DNA of 64,000 nucleotides. Source: Eledone cirrhosa (Eukaryota). Both the position numbers and the translations under genes were made by a program. The notes below the pieces were generated by a model. The model was not told the DNA's origin and did no database searches. It saw nothing but the letters and a program-made list of their open reading frames with translations. Positions 41,800 through 57,399 of this stretch are shown piece by piece. Every line of letters begins with the position of its first letter. The first letter of the stretch is position 1. The stretch spans positions 15,686,001 to 15,750,000 of the forward strand of contig OZ024755.1 of NCBI GenBank assembly GCA_964016885.1. The letters are read 5' to 3'.

Positions 41800-42094
41800 G
41801 CTTCGGTTTTGACCTTGCGTGTCCCAGTAGTTCGGTGGATGGAACAGCCTGTACGTGAAATTACCGTGAAAATGGCTGAGTATTCCACAGACATGTATAA
41901 TTTTAACGTAATTCTCAGAGAGAGGCAACATGACACAGAATGTGACTAGGCTGGCCATTCGAATTACAGGTACAACTTATTTTTTCCAGCTGAATGGACT
42001 GGAGCGGCATGACACAACTCTCTGCAAGGAATAGAAATTACGACCTTAAGATGCTGATCCGAATATTCCTAAGCACTAAGCCACGCTACTTCAC
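41800..42094 (-). mobile_element. SINE family B
   Basis: Minus-strand head GTGAAGTAGCGTGGCTTAGTG; body shared with 36650-36850. Confidence 0.7.
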
Positions 42095-42104
42095 AATAAA
42101 TAGT

Positions 42105-42295
42105 AATAATTGTTTCTACTTTTGGCACAGGGCCAGTAATTACCCAGTGCATTACTGGTACTTTATTTTATAGACCCCGTCAGGATGAAAGGCAAACTTA
42201 ACCTCAACGGGATTTCAACTCAGACCGTAAAGGGACGTACCTGTGCTGCAAAGCATGGCGTCCAACCCTCTACCGATACTGCCAATCCACCGCCT
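42105..42295 (-). mobile_element. Young full-length SINE A with TSD
   Basis: TSD taaatagtaataat at 42097-42110 and 42296-42309. Confidence 0.92.
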
Positions 42296-43437
42296 TAAAT
42301 AGTAATAATAATACAGAAAAGATACACGTCAACATGGAAGAGACGCCGCCGTATGGTAACTCCAGGGACGCCTCCTCCACACACACACCTTATTCTCAGG
42401 GAGATTCAACAAGGCACAGAGTGTGACATGGCTGGCTTAATTGTTTACAGATACTGTACATACGACAGTACGTAAGACAGGCTGCCAAACAGTTTCTATC
42501 TACTCAATTCCACTCACAAGCCTTCGGTGAACTCAATGTTAAGTTAAATAACACTTGCTCAAGCCACTACGTAAACATTTGAGCCAATTCCTTGGTTTGA
42601 AGATATCTTCTTTCTTCTCTCCTAAACGTGTCTTGGGTTCTGCCCTTTCTTCTTTGGCTAAAGAATATAAAAACGTATATTCGATATACTTCTGAAAGGT
42701 ATTTCATCAATCCCCTAATCATCAAGAACAAAAGGCCGGGGTAGGATCTGAACTAGGATACAAAGGGACTAAGATAACGACTGCAAATTATAGGTATCTT
42801 GTTCCTGCCAACGAATAATATCAAACTACTGTAACAACTCTTTCCTGTCCCCAGTTTCGGGGCCAGTGCAAAACATTTTTTTTTAATGGGCCAGAGTAGG
42901 ATTCGAATTGCTAGTAGAAAGGGTGTGGAAATAAGTCCTGAAAGGCATCAAGTCCAATAAATCTGCCATTTCTGTTCACCAATAGGATTAAACTACTGTA
43001 ACTGTGACGACAGTTCTTTCTCTTTCATCTAACTAGTGTGTTTATAAAGAAAAACACTGCGCAAGTGAAAACATAATACAAAATGACGTTAAGATGGTGG
43101 AAATTGAAGGGAAATGTTTGCGTGTGAAGATGAATAGTTGAAAGGCAGTGTATAACCGGAGGTAGCATTGTGGAAGTCTTCTGTCGAACATACAGTTATT
43201 GTGGTTGGTGGACAAAAGAAGAAGAAATACTGCTGTTCCATGTATTGAATTGTAACTTTAGAAGAGCGTGTTATGGGTTGAGTAATAGAGAAACACAATC
43301 TTCTATGGACAAGAGAACATTGAAATATTGAGATCATACGTCTCAGTAGATGGAAATATCTATATCCCTCTCCGTGTGTATATGTGCGTATATGTGTATG
43401 TGTGAATGCGACTATCTGTGTGCAAATGTGTGTGTTT

Positions 43438-44508
<1,071 letters not shown>

Positions 44509-44887
44509 CGTGTGTATGTGTATAGTTTCGTGCATTTATCTTCTCTAGCATAGTGGTTTTTGTGTAAACGTCTCACGAGACCCGAGTTATGGACAGTTAA
44601 TCTGTTATAAGATATACACACATACATAAAAACACATAACACACACACACACACACAAATTCGCACACACACACACGTACACATGTGATATTCTATTTGC
44701 GCGCGAGAGACCAGGTTTAACCTGTTCGTTACCTTATTTCTAATGACAGATACTGACTAGGTTTTTTTTTAAATACTTCTGAAAATAATCAAGAATCTGA
44801 AGTGACTTAGTAGCACAACCATCTTTCCCGTTCGGGTTTATAACATAAAAACATACATAGAATTGCGTCGGAATGTTTTAGATAAAT

Positions 44888-44920
44888 ACTAGCAGAATGG
44901 CCCGGCGTTGCTCGGGATTT
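44888..44920 (+). mobile_element. Possible Helitron/Helentron-type 5' terminus
   Basis: ACTAGCAGAATGGCCCGGCGTTGCTCGGG resembles the CTAG...CCCGGCGTTGCCCGGG start of non-autonomous rolling-circle elements. Confidence 0.45.
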
Positions 44921-45034
44921 GCTCTAGGGTTCTTATATATTTGATATATATTTATCCTTATCGAGCCTCGTGAAATAAATACGTTTGTTTATATTTTGTT
45001 ATTGTGTAAGCAAAAATATCTGTACACGAATATA

Positions 45035-45129
<95 letters not shown>

Positions 45130-45235
45130 CAGATTAAAGTTTAAGCAAAGAATCGCTGCTTTCACCTTTATATATATATAGCGGCGATGAATTAGTTTAG
45201 CGAGGTTTTTTATATGAAATCGTGTGTCGAAACAA

Positions 45236-45975
<740 letters not shown>

Positions 45976-46212
45976 CATTTTATTAATTATAATTATTATT
46001 ATTATAATTATTACTATATATGTATATTGATAGTCGATCAAATTTCGTCAAATCGGACCGAGGAAACAATGTTTCCATTTGTCTTTCCAATTGCTAATAC
46101 TATCTATCGGTCGCAACTTCAGGTAGAAGGAGCAACGAGAAATAAAGTGTCTGCCTCAAGGATACAACGCATTACCTGGTCCGGCAATCGAACTCACAAT
46201 CTCACGATTGCG

Positions 46213-46864
<652 letters not shown>

Positions 46865-47419
46865 CAGGATGGATTCAGTCAGACTATTACTCAACAGAGT
46901 ACTCGGTACTTGGGGTAGTAGAGTATGGTTATATGATAAAGGGAAAAATGTGTGTGCATATAAATACATATATACATACACACATATATATATACACAAC
47001 ACACATACATACACACACATATACACACACATATATATGCACAAACACATATACATATATACACACTCACACATACACACAATGAGATAAAAGTACTTAA
47101 TACTTAATGCAGACTTTATCTATCCATCCGCAGCTGTTCAAGCATTCCACCATTATGTCTCCTAAACGAAACCATTGAACTACTTTTAACTAAATCGCGA
47201 ATTTTCTGACGAATTTTCAGATTAGAGAGAAGGGCGGATGTATAAATGTTCCCAAGGGTTGTGCTGAGGTGTCAGTATCGCCAGGCACTATAATTAGATT
47301 GAATATGATGAATGGTGTAGTGTTAGCATATTAGTTATCTTAGGAGTATTTGAGATAATGGACCCCTATACAATATATGTACATAAACGTGTACACATAT
47401 GTAAATGCTTGTATGCTTG

Positions 47420-47513
47420 CGTATATATATATATATCTGTGTGTGTGTGTGTTTGTGTATATACATGTACACATATATATATATCTATATATACACACAC
47501 AAATACACATATG

Positions 47514-47546
<33 letters not shown>

Positions 47547-47630
47547 GTATATATATATATAGAGAGAGAGAGAGAGCGAGAGAGAGAGAGAGAGAGAGAG
47601 AGAAAGGGAGAAAGAGATAGATAGATAGAT

Positions 47631-47667
<37 letters not shown>

Positions 47668-47690
47668 GAGAAAGAGATAGATAGATAGAT

Positions 47691-47775
<85 letters not shown>

Positions 47776-47790
47776 ACATATATATATATA
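47420..47790. repeat. (TA)n-(GA)n-(GATA)n compound microsatellite with a 60-bp higher-order duplication
   Basis: agaaagggagaaagagatagatag occurs at 47601 and 47661. Confidence 0.9.
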
Positions 47791-48202
47791 CAAATATCTG
47801 TGTGTGCAGTTATGTGCAGGTTAGTGTGTGTGTGTGTAAGTAATATATCATACTACGTTTTAGTTTCTGTACATCCCATGACATTAATAAAACATTGTTG
47901 TTTTAATTTTCTTCTTCAATAGCCACAAGCAATAATATTTAAATAATTGAAAATCATTCTTGACTTTCACCGAGATTAAATGAAGAATAAGAAATACAAA
48001 CACATGTGATTAATATCTGGGACCAGGTTGGATGTTTTGTAAAGATAGTTTAACAACATCCTGTGTATTGCTTCGTGTTTGGCCGTGATGGTAGATCTCT
48101 AAAACCTATTCATTAAAAGTTATTCAAATTTATATAGTCGGTGTATATGTTCAATAGCAACTAATAGCAAATAGCCACTCACTGTTAATATTATTAGTAG
48201 AA

Positions 48203-48405
48203 TGGTGGTGGTTGGTAGTATTGGTAGATTGTCGGACAACATGCTTTACGGCATAGAGTTTTAGCCCTTTAAATTCTAAGTTCAAACCCCACCAAAGTTA
48301 GCTTTACCTTTTATCTTTTCGGGGTTGATAAAAGAAAGTACCAGAAACGCTCTGGGGTCGACTTAATTCTTGTCCTTGTGTCTGAACCAGAAACCATTAT
48401 TATTA
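48203..48405 (+). mobile_element. SINE family A, older copy
   Basis: Head, AGTTCAAACC, GGTTGATAAAAGAAAGTACCAG, GAAACCATTATT. Confidence 0.8.
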
Positions 48406-49311
48406 GTAGTAGTAGAATGAAGGTGGCATGGCTATGAAATATATAGTAACAACAAGAGAAGTAGCAATCTTCTGTGACATTGAAGAGGCTAACTAAAATT
48501 AGAATGATGCGGTGTTAGTCTTTCTCATACAATTTATTACTACTGTGGTTTTCAATAGTAATGATTTTAAATATAGTTGGCTGGTACTTCATCCCGAAAA
48601 GAATTAACAATATAGTCCGAACCTAGAGTATTAGAAAACTTGTGTGACATTGAGGGGTTAAACGAAGTTAGAATGATGCAGTGTTAGTTTTTTTCTGTAC
48701 AAATTGTTACTACCATGGTTCTTCTCATTAGTCAAAATGGTGAATGGAGGACATTAGTGAAAGTTTGATGTTTAAAATTGTCATTCTCTGGTACAATAGA
48801 TAAAGTAGATTAATTACTTAAACACAGCTCGTTTCTACTCTGATCCTCCATAAGTAGGCTACTAATAGAGCATCGATTTTAGACACGCTTACAGATAAAA
48901 TATGTCGTGCCAGTGTTTAACTTTGTAATTTGTTTATTAGTAAGTTTCTCCTCAGTTATAATTATTAAAATATTCATAGCATTTGAGTCTCCTTTCCCCT
49001 GATGTATCAGTACAGCTCAGACTGCCATCAATGAATTTACCAAGCATCAACATTAATATTCATTAGTATTTTAAGATCCAGAATCTAATAACTTGTAACA
49101 ACCAACAAAAAAAAAACCAACAACAACAACAAACAAACAAACAAATTACGGATTTTCGGGAACAAGTAAAAGTACAAAATAAATAAATATATTATAGATA
49201 AAATAAATAACAAATACTGTAAAACTATGTTTAGTTATCATGTGGTGAGATTAGGGGATGCAAAAATTTTACATTCATATAAATATATGGCTGACTAAAA
49301 CACAAACGCAT

Positions 49312-49347
<36 letters not shown>

Positions 49348-49364
49348 ACTCACACACACACACA

Positions 49365-49594
49365 TACGATGGTCGACTGAAAAGTTCATAAGCTGAAAAG
49401 TTCATAAGCTGAAAAGTTCATACGTTGACCAATATACTCTCATGGAATGACCAAATGGGGTTTATATTTCAACATAGTCTCTAGAAAGAAACAATGCAGT
49501 TAAAAAGAAGAGTTGAAATTAATGCTTGCAAGATTTCACAGCTCTAACATCACTCCTTCATAATCAGCCTATGAACTTTTCAGCCGGCTCTTTA
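49365..49594. mobile_element. Tc1/mariner-type MITE with a 16-bp triplication in the left TIR
   Basis: TACGATGGTCGACTGAAAAGTTCATA...TATGAACTTTTCAGCCG; ctgaaaagttcata occurs three times. Confidence 0.8.
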
Positions 49595-49651
49595 CGGTGT
49601 TTGGCCTGATCAATGTTTTGTGGATGGAACCTGTGTTCCATCCACAACGGT

Positions 49652-49977
49652 TGAAAATACAGATATAAATATATATATAGTCTATCAAAGTTCTTTCGTT
49701 GCATATCTGCAACATCATCAGTGGTACTATTATGTTTCCTCCTGTTGATGATGTTGCAGATGTGCAACGAAAGAACTTTGATAGACTATATATATATATA
49801 TATATATAATTATATTTTTATTTTTAATCGTTGGTTAATCAATGATAAACGTTGATTGCCAAATAAATTAACTGTGGGGATATAAAAGATACAGAAGCGA
49901 AAACCAACCAAACAGTGAGTGTGTTCTGTTATTATTTCTGGGAATATTATTACAACAATATGGCCCTCCCCAAGTAT

Positions 49978-49982
<5 letters not shown>
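49652..49982 (+). mobile_element. Second member of family P4 with a shorter fold-back
   Basis: Inverted arms about 49670-49720 / 49746-49797; tail AAGCGAAAACCAACCAAACAGTGAG...CCCAAGTATAAC shared with 45775-45858; ends in (TA)n. Confidence 0.85.
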
Positions 49983-50067
<85 letters not shown>

Positions 50068-50104
50068 ATATATATATAGATAGGAAGGATCATTACCGTA
50101 TATG

Positions 50105-50135
<31 letters not shown>

Positions 50136-50300
50136 GGAACAAAAGCAAAGAGCGCTTACATCATCAATTAATCTTTATTTGCTGACAGTGTTTCGTCCTT
50201 GCATAATTGGAGGACTCATCAGAGCGTTATGAAGAGGAATTAGATCAATAGTATAAACTCTACCGACCTATATCACAAGAACGATCCATATGTAGCACAG
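50136..50300 (-). mobile_element. Hammerhead mini-element between (TA)n runs, family P6
   Basis: 165-bp island in TA arrays with a canonical hammerhead and AATAAA. Confidence 0.75.
50181..50225 (-). ncRNA. Minimal type I hammerhead ribozyme, fully canonical core
   Basis: gct-CTGATGA-gtcct ccaattatgca aggac-GAAA-cactg-TC-agc; GUC triplet; AATAAA directly after. Confidence 0.88.
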
Positions 50301-50307
50301 ATATATA

Positions 50308-50362
<55 letters not shown>

Positions 50363-50377
50363 ATATTATATATATAT

Positions 50378-50468
<91 letters not shown>

Positions 50469-50877
50469 CCATATATATATGTGTGTGTGAGTACGTTTAC
50501 TGTGTGTTTGTCTCGTAAATTAATGATTTGACAATAAAGGGATCGATAGAATAAGTATCTGTACTGGGGTCGATATACTCGACAAAATCCATTCACAGCG
50601 ATGCCTCAGAATGGTCGCCCCGATCTATTGACTGAAACCCGTAAAAGTATAATAGAACAACAATTGCTCTCATGCATAAATATGAAACCAATATAATTTT
50701 AAATGTTTAGTATTTCTTGCGTTTGGAAAACATGTAGTTTAACGACTTTCTTTCTCAATAATGTTTCTTACTTCAGGGAATTGCTACTTTCCCAAATTTC
50801 CTTTTTCCTGGTCTTTTCTTTATTTTTAATTCATTTGCATGCGTCTGTTTATAATACTCCTTATATATATATATATA

Positions 50878-51192
50878 TTAGGTATAGGATTATCCTGGAT
50901 GCAGTAATGGTTAATTACTACACTGGATAGAGTTGACGTACGGTGAGGGGTTACTCAACGAGTTATGGAAGAATAGTTGAAGAAACTCAGTTCCTGATCC
51001 TTCTGTATTCCGGAGTGTAGATAAAGAATGAATAATAACAGGTAGACATCATAAAAAGGTAATTTATTCTGTGTTCTTACAAATGTTTCCACGGTGGTTA
51101 TACAGCCTAGTTATGCTATGTGCAAATTTGCACATACCACACAGAATAAATTACCTTTTTATGATGTCTACCTGTTATTATTCATTCTTTAT
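50878..51192 (-). mobile_element. Fold-back element in (TA)n with only the 3' half of a hammerhead, family P8
   Basis: 54-bp inverted repeat 51021-51074 / 51139-51192, inner 20-bp palindrome 51117-51136; minus strand reads GAAA-catttg-TA...AATAAA. Confidence 0.7.
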
Positions 51193-51209
51193 ATATATAT
51201 ATATATATA

Positions 51210-51289
51210 AATTATTTTATCTGAAGAACAGGTTGGACGTTTCTGTAAGAATCGTCTAGTTTATTGAAACCTTTGGTAATGGAATAATT
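51210..51289 (+). ncRNA. Type I hammerhead ribozyme heading a mini-element (51210 to about 51368), family P9
   Basis: aattattttat-CTGAAGA-long stem II (ttggacg/cgtctag, ttct/agaa)-GAAA-cc ttt gg-TA-atggaataatt; 11-bp stem I; GUA triplet. Confidence 0.8.
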
Positions 51290-51415
51290 ATATTCTGTTG
51301 TTTATTATGTAATTAAATAGCTCTGCAGAGCACTCTTCTTTCCTTTACCTTTACTACGGAAATACTTAACACATACACACACACACACATACACGCACAC
51401 ATACATATATATATA

Positions 51416-51453
<38 letters not shown>

Positions 51454-51455
<2 letters not shown>

Positions 51456-51668
51456 GAAGTGGTTACACAACAGTTAGTTCACCAAACCGGGAACAATTGT
51501 TTCACCTTACCGGATCCTCAGCTCATAATGCATTACGAGCTGAGGATCCGCTAAGGTGAAACAATTGTTCTCGGTATCGTGAACTAACTGTTGTGTAACC
51601 ACTTCTACCTAACTCTTCCCATGGACTGAGTGCTCTACCACTACGGTAATTACCTTCCAGTGTTCTAC

Positions 51669-51671
<3 letters not shown>
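51454..51671 (+). mobile_element. Fold-back hammerhead mini-element in (TA)n, family P7
   Basis: Palindrome 51454-51607 centred on TAATG|CATTA with several mismatches, a 64-bp tail, and TA runs on both sides. Confidence 0.85.
51536..51573 (+). ncRNA. Minimal type I hammerhead ribozyme (mirror on minus strand at 51488-51525)
   Basis: cgag-CTGAGGA-t cc gctaa gg t-GAAA-caattg-TT-ctcg; palindromic stem III ACAATTGT. Confidence 0.72.
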
Positions 51672-51720
<49 letters not shown>

Positions 51721-52290
51721 TCTAACTGTTGTTAAACGCTTGAGAAGGAAACGAACGTTTCAAGATTAATCGCCCTGTTGGCGTATTTGTGGAGTGTGTA
51801 TGTATGTTTAAAGATGACGTTATTATTGGATTGCAGCTAAATTCTTATTGTAGATACGATCAACATGTACCCCGATCTGTTGTGAATATACTGAACAAAA
51901 GTATACTAATATGCATTAAGAAAAGCAGATATTCTCTGAACATTTTTATTTCGTACACGATAAAACATGGCAATTGTGAATACCATGTGTATATTTAGTT
52001 GCCTTCTTCATTTGTATTTTACTTGTAATGTATTTTAGTTAATTGTCCGGGTGGTTCATGGATTTTCATAAATCTTTTATTTGTTTTATGTTCATCCTTA
52101 TCGCTTCATTTGATCTGCTGTTGTTTTTTTATATCCTTTCTTCGTAGCTCTTTATCTCTAAGATCTTTTTTTGCCAGTCATCGTTCCCGGATATGCTAGT
52201 TGGAACATTAACAGTAATTAACCCTTTCTAATCCGCCCACTTAACATAAAGACGATATCTATCTTATTGACAATAAACTGTTTTATGAAT

Positions 52291-52487
<197 letters not shown>

Positions 52488-52579
52488 ATGTGTACACTTT
52501 GTAATATTTTTTGTGTTATGGACCAGTAGATCTCCAGGATCTCTATTTCCTTGGTGAGTACTTCATAAGTCAATCATTT

Positions 52580-53170
52580 ATATCATAATATTGAAAATCT
52601 ATGTTCCTTTTTAAGGTTGAAGAACAATACATAATACATCGTCGGTCAGTATATCTTATCATATTGATCTATATCTTGTTGATGACGGAACACTTCATAG
52701 AAATACAGCTATTATCATACCTCACTTATCCTTATTACCAATTCTTACTCTAAACCCAATACTTGAAAAGGCTTTGGAATTAATTGCCACCATTGCATTA
52801 TTTCCATTCACTTTTAATTTCAGAACGTTCTTTCCCGCTAGAAGAGTTCTTCAGTAGTCAATTCTTTTAGTTCTTTGTCTTTGAATCCGTTTACTTTGAA
52901 AATCCCAGGATATTTGTATTGCTCTTCAACTATTCATTTCTCTCCTCTATGCTTACGTCAAAGAAGACGATCGCTTCGTTTCTTTCATGCTTCCCCAGCA
53001 TTCAGTTGAAAAATATCAATTTCAAAGTTATTAGCAATTCTATAGACTGTAGCAATTTATCATTATATCCAATTCTTTTCCATTCCATTGTCGCATTTTC
53101 ATCTTCTACTGTTCATTGCACTAATTTATTACGTTGGTTCTCAATTTGGGCGATTCAGTGAACAAATTTC
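52580..53170 (-). pseudogene. Decayed Penelope-like RT fragment
   Basis: Minus strand IVFFDVS (motif A-like), then AM, then RYT-D-DVLCI across a frameshift (YxDD), in the expected order. Confidence 0.55.
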
Positions 53171-53706
53171 TCCGTACTTAATGTACAATCAAGCTAGTGG
53201 GAGCAAAAGAGAAGAGACTCAAAAGTAGTTGTTGATTTTTTAGGGGCTACCTGATAAGTCTGAAGGAAGGGGCAGAACCCATACTGTCACAAATCCACCG
53301 ATACCAGAGGGAAATGATGCCGTAGATTTTTCAATTTAAATTGTTGTCGGTCCATCGTTTCAGAAAGATATAAGCAGGGAGAGAAAGGTCTCGACGACCG
53401 TCGTTCTGAACATGGAGTAGAGGTTAATGCTGGGCATGAAGGCTCGAGTTTGATATAGAATAGGGGATGAAAGGAGGAGAGAGAAGTAAATTGGGAGTGC
53501 GTGACTCTTTATATATTGATGATAAAGCATTCAGTTCTTCGATTAACTGTAGCTCAACTCGGGGTTTAACGTAAAAATATCAACCCGTAATCTGATTCTA
53601 GAGACGAATCAGCGTGACAATGTGAGTATGACAAGGCAGCGGGTTTGAATTCAGGGTACAATCCATCTGATAAGCTTCCACAGAGTTTGTCTACGCAATT
53701 TTACTC

Positions 53707-53761
<55 letters not shown>

Positions 53762-54119
53762 TTATGAGTATGTGTATTTTCAATGGCAATCTTTGGTCTT
53801 TTGGTTTCAGCTCACTTAGTCGCACTTTACAGAGCTAATGAACTGAGACACAAATATATATGTGTGCGTATGAGTTTAGTGTGTACAGAGGTAATGAGAG
53901 AAAGAAATACAGAGACAGAGAGAGGAAGAGAAAGAGATAAAATAATAATGAAATGATGAATAGGAAAAATGAAATATAATGAAACTATTTCCTTAAGCTC
54001 TCATAATATGACGTCTCCAATGCAGGATATAATAACCTCTATATCATGAGGAATTGAGGAAAAAGGATATACTAAATTAGCATCTGCTGGTTTGCTTTTG
54101 GTTTGAATTATTGTTATTA

Positions 54120-54455
54120 TGAGAGTCGGACATCATGCTTCGCAGTATAGAATTACGTCCCTTTAAGTTCTGAGTTAAAATCCTGTCGAGGTTAACTTTG
54201 CCTTTCATCCTTACGAGGGTCGATAAAATAAAGCATCAGTAACGCACTGGGGTCGGTTTAATAGGCGTTCCCCTATCCAATATTTGTTCCAAACCTTTAC
54301 ATTGTGCCTTCAATACCCCCGAGGTCAACTTTGCCTTTCATCCTTCGCATGTTGGTACATTAAAGTACCAGTGCAATACTGGTTTCGATGTAATCTACTT
54401 TCTCCTTCCTCCAAATCGCTGGCCTTATGCGTAAATTAGAAATCATTTTTATTAT
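54120..54455 (+). mobile_element. Two tandem SINE A fragments
   Basis: GAGGT(T/C)AACTTTGCCTTTCATCCTT occurs twice. Confidence 0.8.
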
Positions 54456-54847
54456 TGTCATTACCATTTTCAATAAGCTTGAAAGTAATGATATTCTATG
54501 AAAGGAAAATGATAATAAAAAGTTGATGGTTTATATGCTTCATGACACAGAAGATTATACGTAATTAGCAGGGTTGTTGTAGCGTGGAACAAGATGGTTT
54601 GCCGGATTTGTTCAAGCTTTCTGCCTCCTTTTAATTCAAATTCTGCCAAACACAACTGTGCCTTTCATCCATTTGGTGTCAATGAAATAAAATCTGGTGG
54701 GTGGGGGAATTCGCAAAATTGTTAAAGCTTCGAAACAGATTCCTTGTGGTATTTGTTAAGTTTTTTGCATTTTCAGGTCATATTCCGCCATGGCCTATTT
54801 GTGTCGCATACAGTCAACTAGTTTAACACCCCCCCCCCCCCCCCACC

Positions 54848-55065
54848 TACGGGGGTCTGATGAGAAGTTTATAGGCTGGCCAAATGAGGTTTATTTTTTA
54901 TAGTTAAAATGTATAGGATGACAAAATGAGGTTTATTTTTCAACATAGACCCTAGAAAGAATGCAGTTAATACTAAGAAGAATTGAAACTAATACATACA
55001 AGATTTCACAGCTCTAGCATTATTCTTTGATAATCAGCCTATGAACCTTTCAGCCTAATCTCGTA
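54848..55065. mobile_element. Tc1/mariner-type MITE
   Basis: TACGGGGGTCTG...AAGTTTATAGGCTG / CAGCCTATGAACCTTTCAGCC...CTCGTA. Confidence 0.75.
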
Positions 55066-55176
55066 TTAGATGAGCCTCCTTCGATTTCGACCCTCGTAGA
55101 TCTTGAATATCTTTAGTTAAACTCATTCTGTTGCCAATATTCGGGCCTGTTCTCTGTTTTGTGGATAAATCTTCCA

Positions 55177-55388
55177 CCTTCCTTCTTGTGAGACTCAGAG
55201 GCCCTATAAAGAACCAGGCTCAATGTCCTTCCTTCTTGTGAGTCTCAGAGGCCCTGTAAAGGACCATGGTCAATGCCCTTCCTTCCTGTGAGTTTCAGAA
55301 GCCCTTTTAAGAACCATGCTCAATGCTCATTCTACCTATGAGCCTCGGATGCCCTGTAAAGGACAGTGGGCAATGCCTTTCCTTCACT
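55177..55388. repeat. 50-bp minisatellite, about 4.2 units
   Basis: ccttccttcttgtgagactcagaggccctataaagaaccaggctcaatgt and diverged repeats. Confidence 0.9.
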
Positions 55389-57399
55389 AAATAAAACTGA
55401 GAAAAAATCGATTCGCTAATTCATATATAATTACGTATTTCTTTGCGAATTACTTAAAATGATCTCGAACACTCGTTTATCATCGAATGTGAAATCGATT
55501 AAGCGAACATATTTACTGAGCATTGTTTATTAGGGATATTTACCTGGACAATTTACCAGAGAATTATTATGGCTCTTTTCTTCCAATTCTTTTATTACTC
55601 TTTCTTTCTATCCGTTGTGTTTAACAAATGAAATTTTCTTCTATCACTATTCAAAAACATATTTCTCCTTTCAGAATAACAATCTGTATAAAATCTAAAC
55701 ATTTCAAATTACCATTGACGCTAGAAATATATAATTATTTTAGAATATAATAGATCATCTAAAACACCGGGGAAAATATAGGAACAAGAGATTTGTCTGA
55801 TTCACTCAATTTTAAATCGTACACAAAAGCTGAAGATGATTCTAGAAAACAATTTTGTAACACTCGTTTCCTGCATTGACTCGACACGTATCGAACCACT
55901 AGTGACAATGAAAAGTGGGGAAAATGAAAAGTAGGATAAAATAAAATAAAATAAAATAAGAAATTAATTAAAAAAATCTTGTGTAAACGAGTTGTTATTA
56001 AAAACATAAGAATCGTTTTCTTTATTCACATGAAATTATAGTTCTATTTGTTTTAAGATTTTTGGTGGTTGTTTTTCAACATTACCAATTTTATTATTAT
56101 TATTGTTGTTGTTGTTGTTGTTGTTGTGAAAAGATTCTAATCGTTATTACTATATTCCGTTTCTATAATTTCTGTAAATATGTATTGTATAAAACTAAGA
56201 TGGCTTATTTGTATTATAATATTTGGACAGAAGCCACCAGCGTTTTCCTTGCGGACAGTAGTATTTTTTTTTTTCATGTAGAAAATGCAAGACTAGAAAA
56301 CAAAAACAAATTCGAGTTTCTATAAAGAAATATCCCCGAAACTTCATATTTAAAAAGAAGCTCAGTCCCCAGCTTTAGTCCCCAGAAAAATTGATTGCCT
56401 TCAGGCTTCCTATATTAGAAACTGTTGAATAGTAGAATAAATCTGAAAATATCTGCGGTTATGTATTATTCTTATTGAGTTTCGTATTTGAGCATGCATT
56501 TTTGCAATTACTAAATTCGCATTGAATCAATCAAATGATATGCATACTTTGAAAGTATAAAAATCTTTTGTTAAAATGTTTTAAAGCTTTGTGGAATATT
56601 TTTAAGCGTTCTTTATTTTGTTTTCCTATGTTTTATGTTTTATGTGTACGAAATTCGTCAGTCCAATAATGCTAAATAGAATAGTTACTCGTTAAATAAT
56701 CGATTCGAAGTATTTAGGCTTAATGTGGTTGTCCTTTATTCAAACCTTCACGAGATAAACTAGGATCAAATCAATGATTGTATGGAGGATTTTTAAATAT
56801 ACTGATTACGGCAATCAAATCTCTGATCCCTTACAGATTATAATTTACTAATAATATAATAAAATAAGGAAAAGAACTCTTCTATGAAAGATAACAGTGA
56901 AGATAAAGATGAATGAATATTTTTCTGTAACCACAATGGCAACTTAAAGCTGGTAGTGAGAGTGATTTATGTTCCAACAGGAGAATATTGTTTCAATAGA
57001 GAACGATTTCAAGGTCCCAGGTTTGATCTTATTGTATGGTATCTTGGATAAGTATCATTTACCATAGCTTCGAATCAATAAAAGCTTTTTGTGGGTGAAA
57101 TTGGGTGGACAAAACCTGTTTCGGTTATGTTGCATCCACTATACATTCTAATGCAATCCAGAGCCTTCTCAACCCTACTGGAGGAACCCCTCCCTGGTTG
57201 ACCTTCACAGCTTTCTGTTTCCTTTTGGTCATGTCAGGGGTGTAGATAGAACAGGAGATGGTTTAGGAGAAGACTTCTGCATGGATATGACGGGAATACC
57301 ATCAGGACAATATGCTTTATAGAGATCAAGATTTGAGATTACATGAGAAACCATGGTGAGAGTTATATGTATTAGGAGAGCATATCATATGAATCAAGC

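Noticed and set aside
54855-54875. CTGATGAG (and CTGACGA at 32761)
   Set aside because: Part of mariner MITE TIRs; no ribozyme fold
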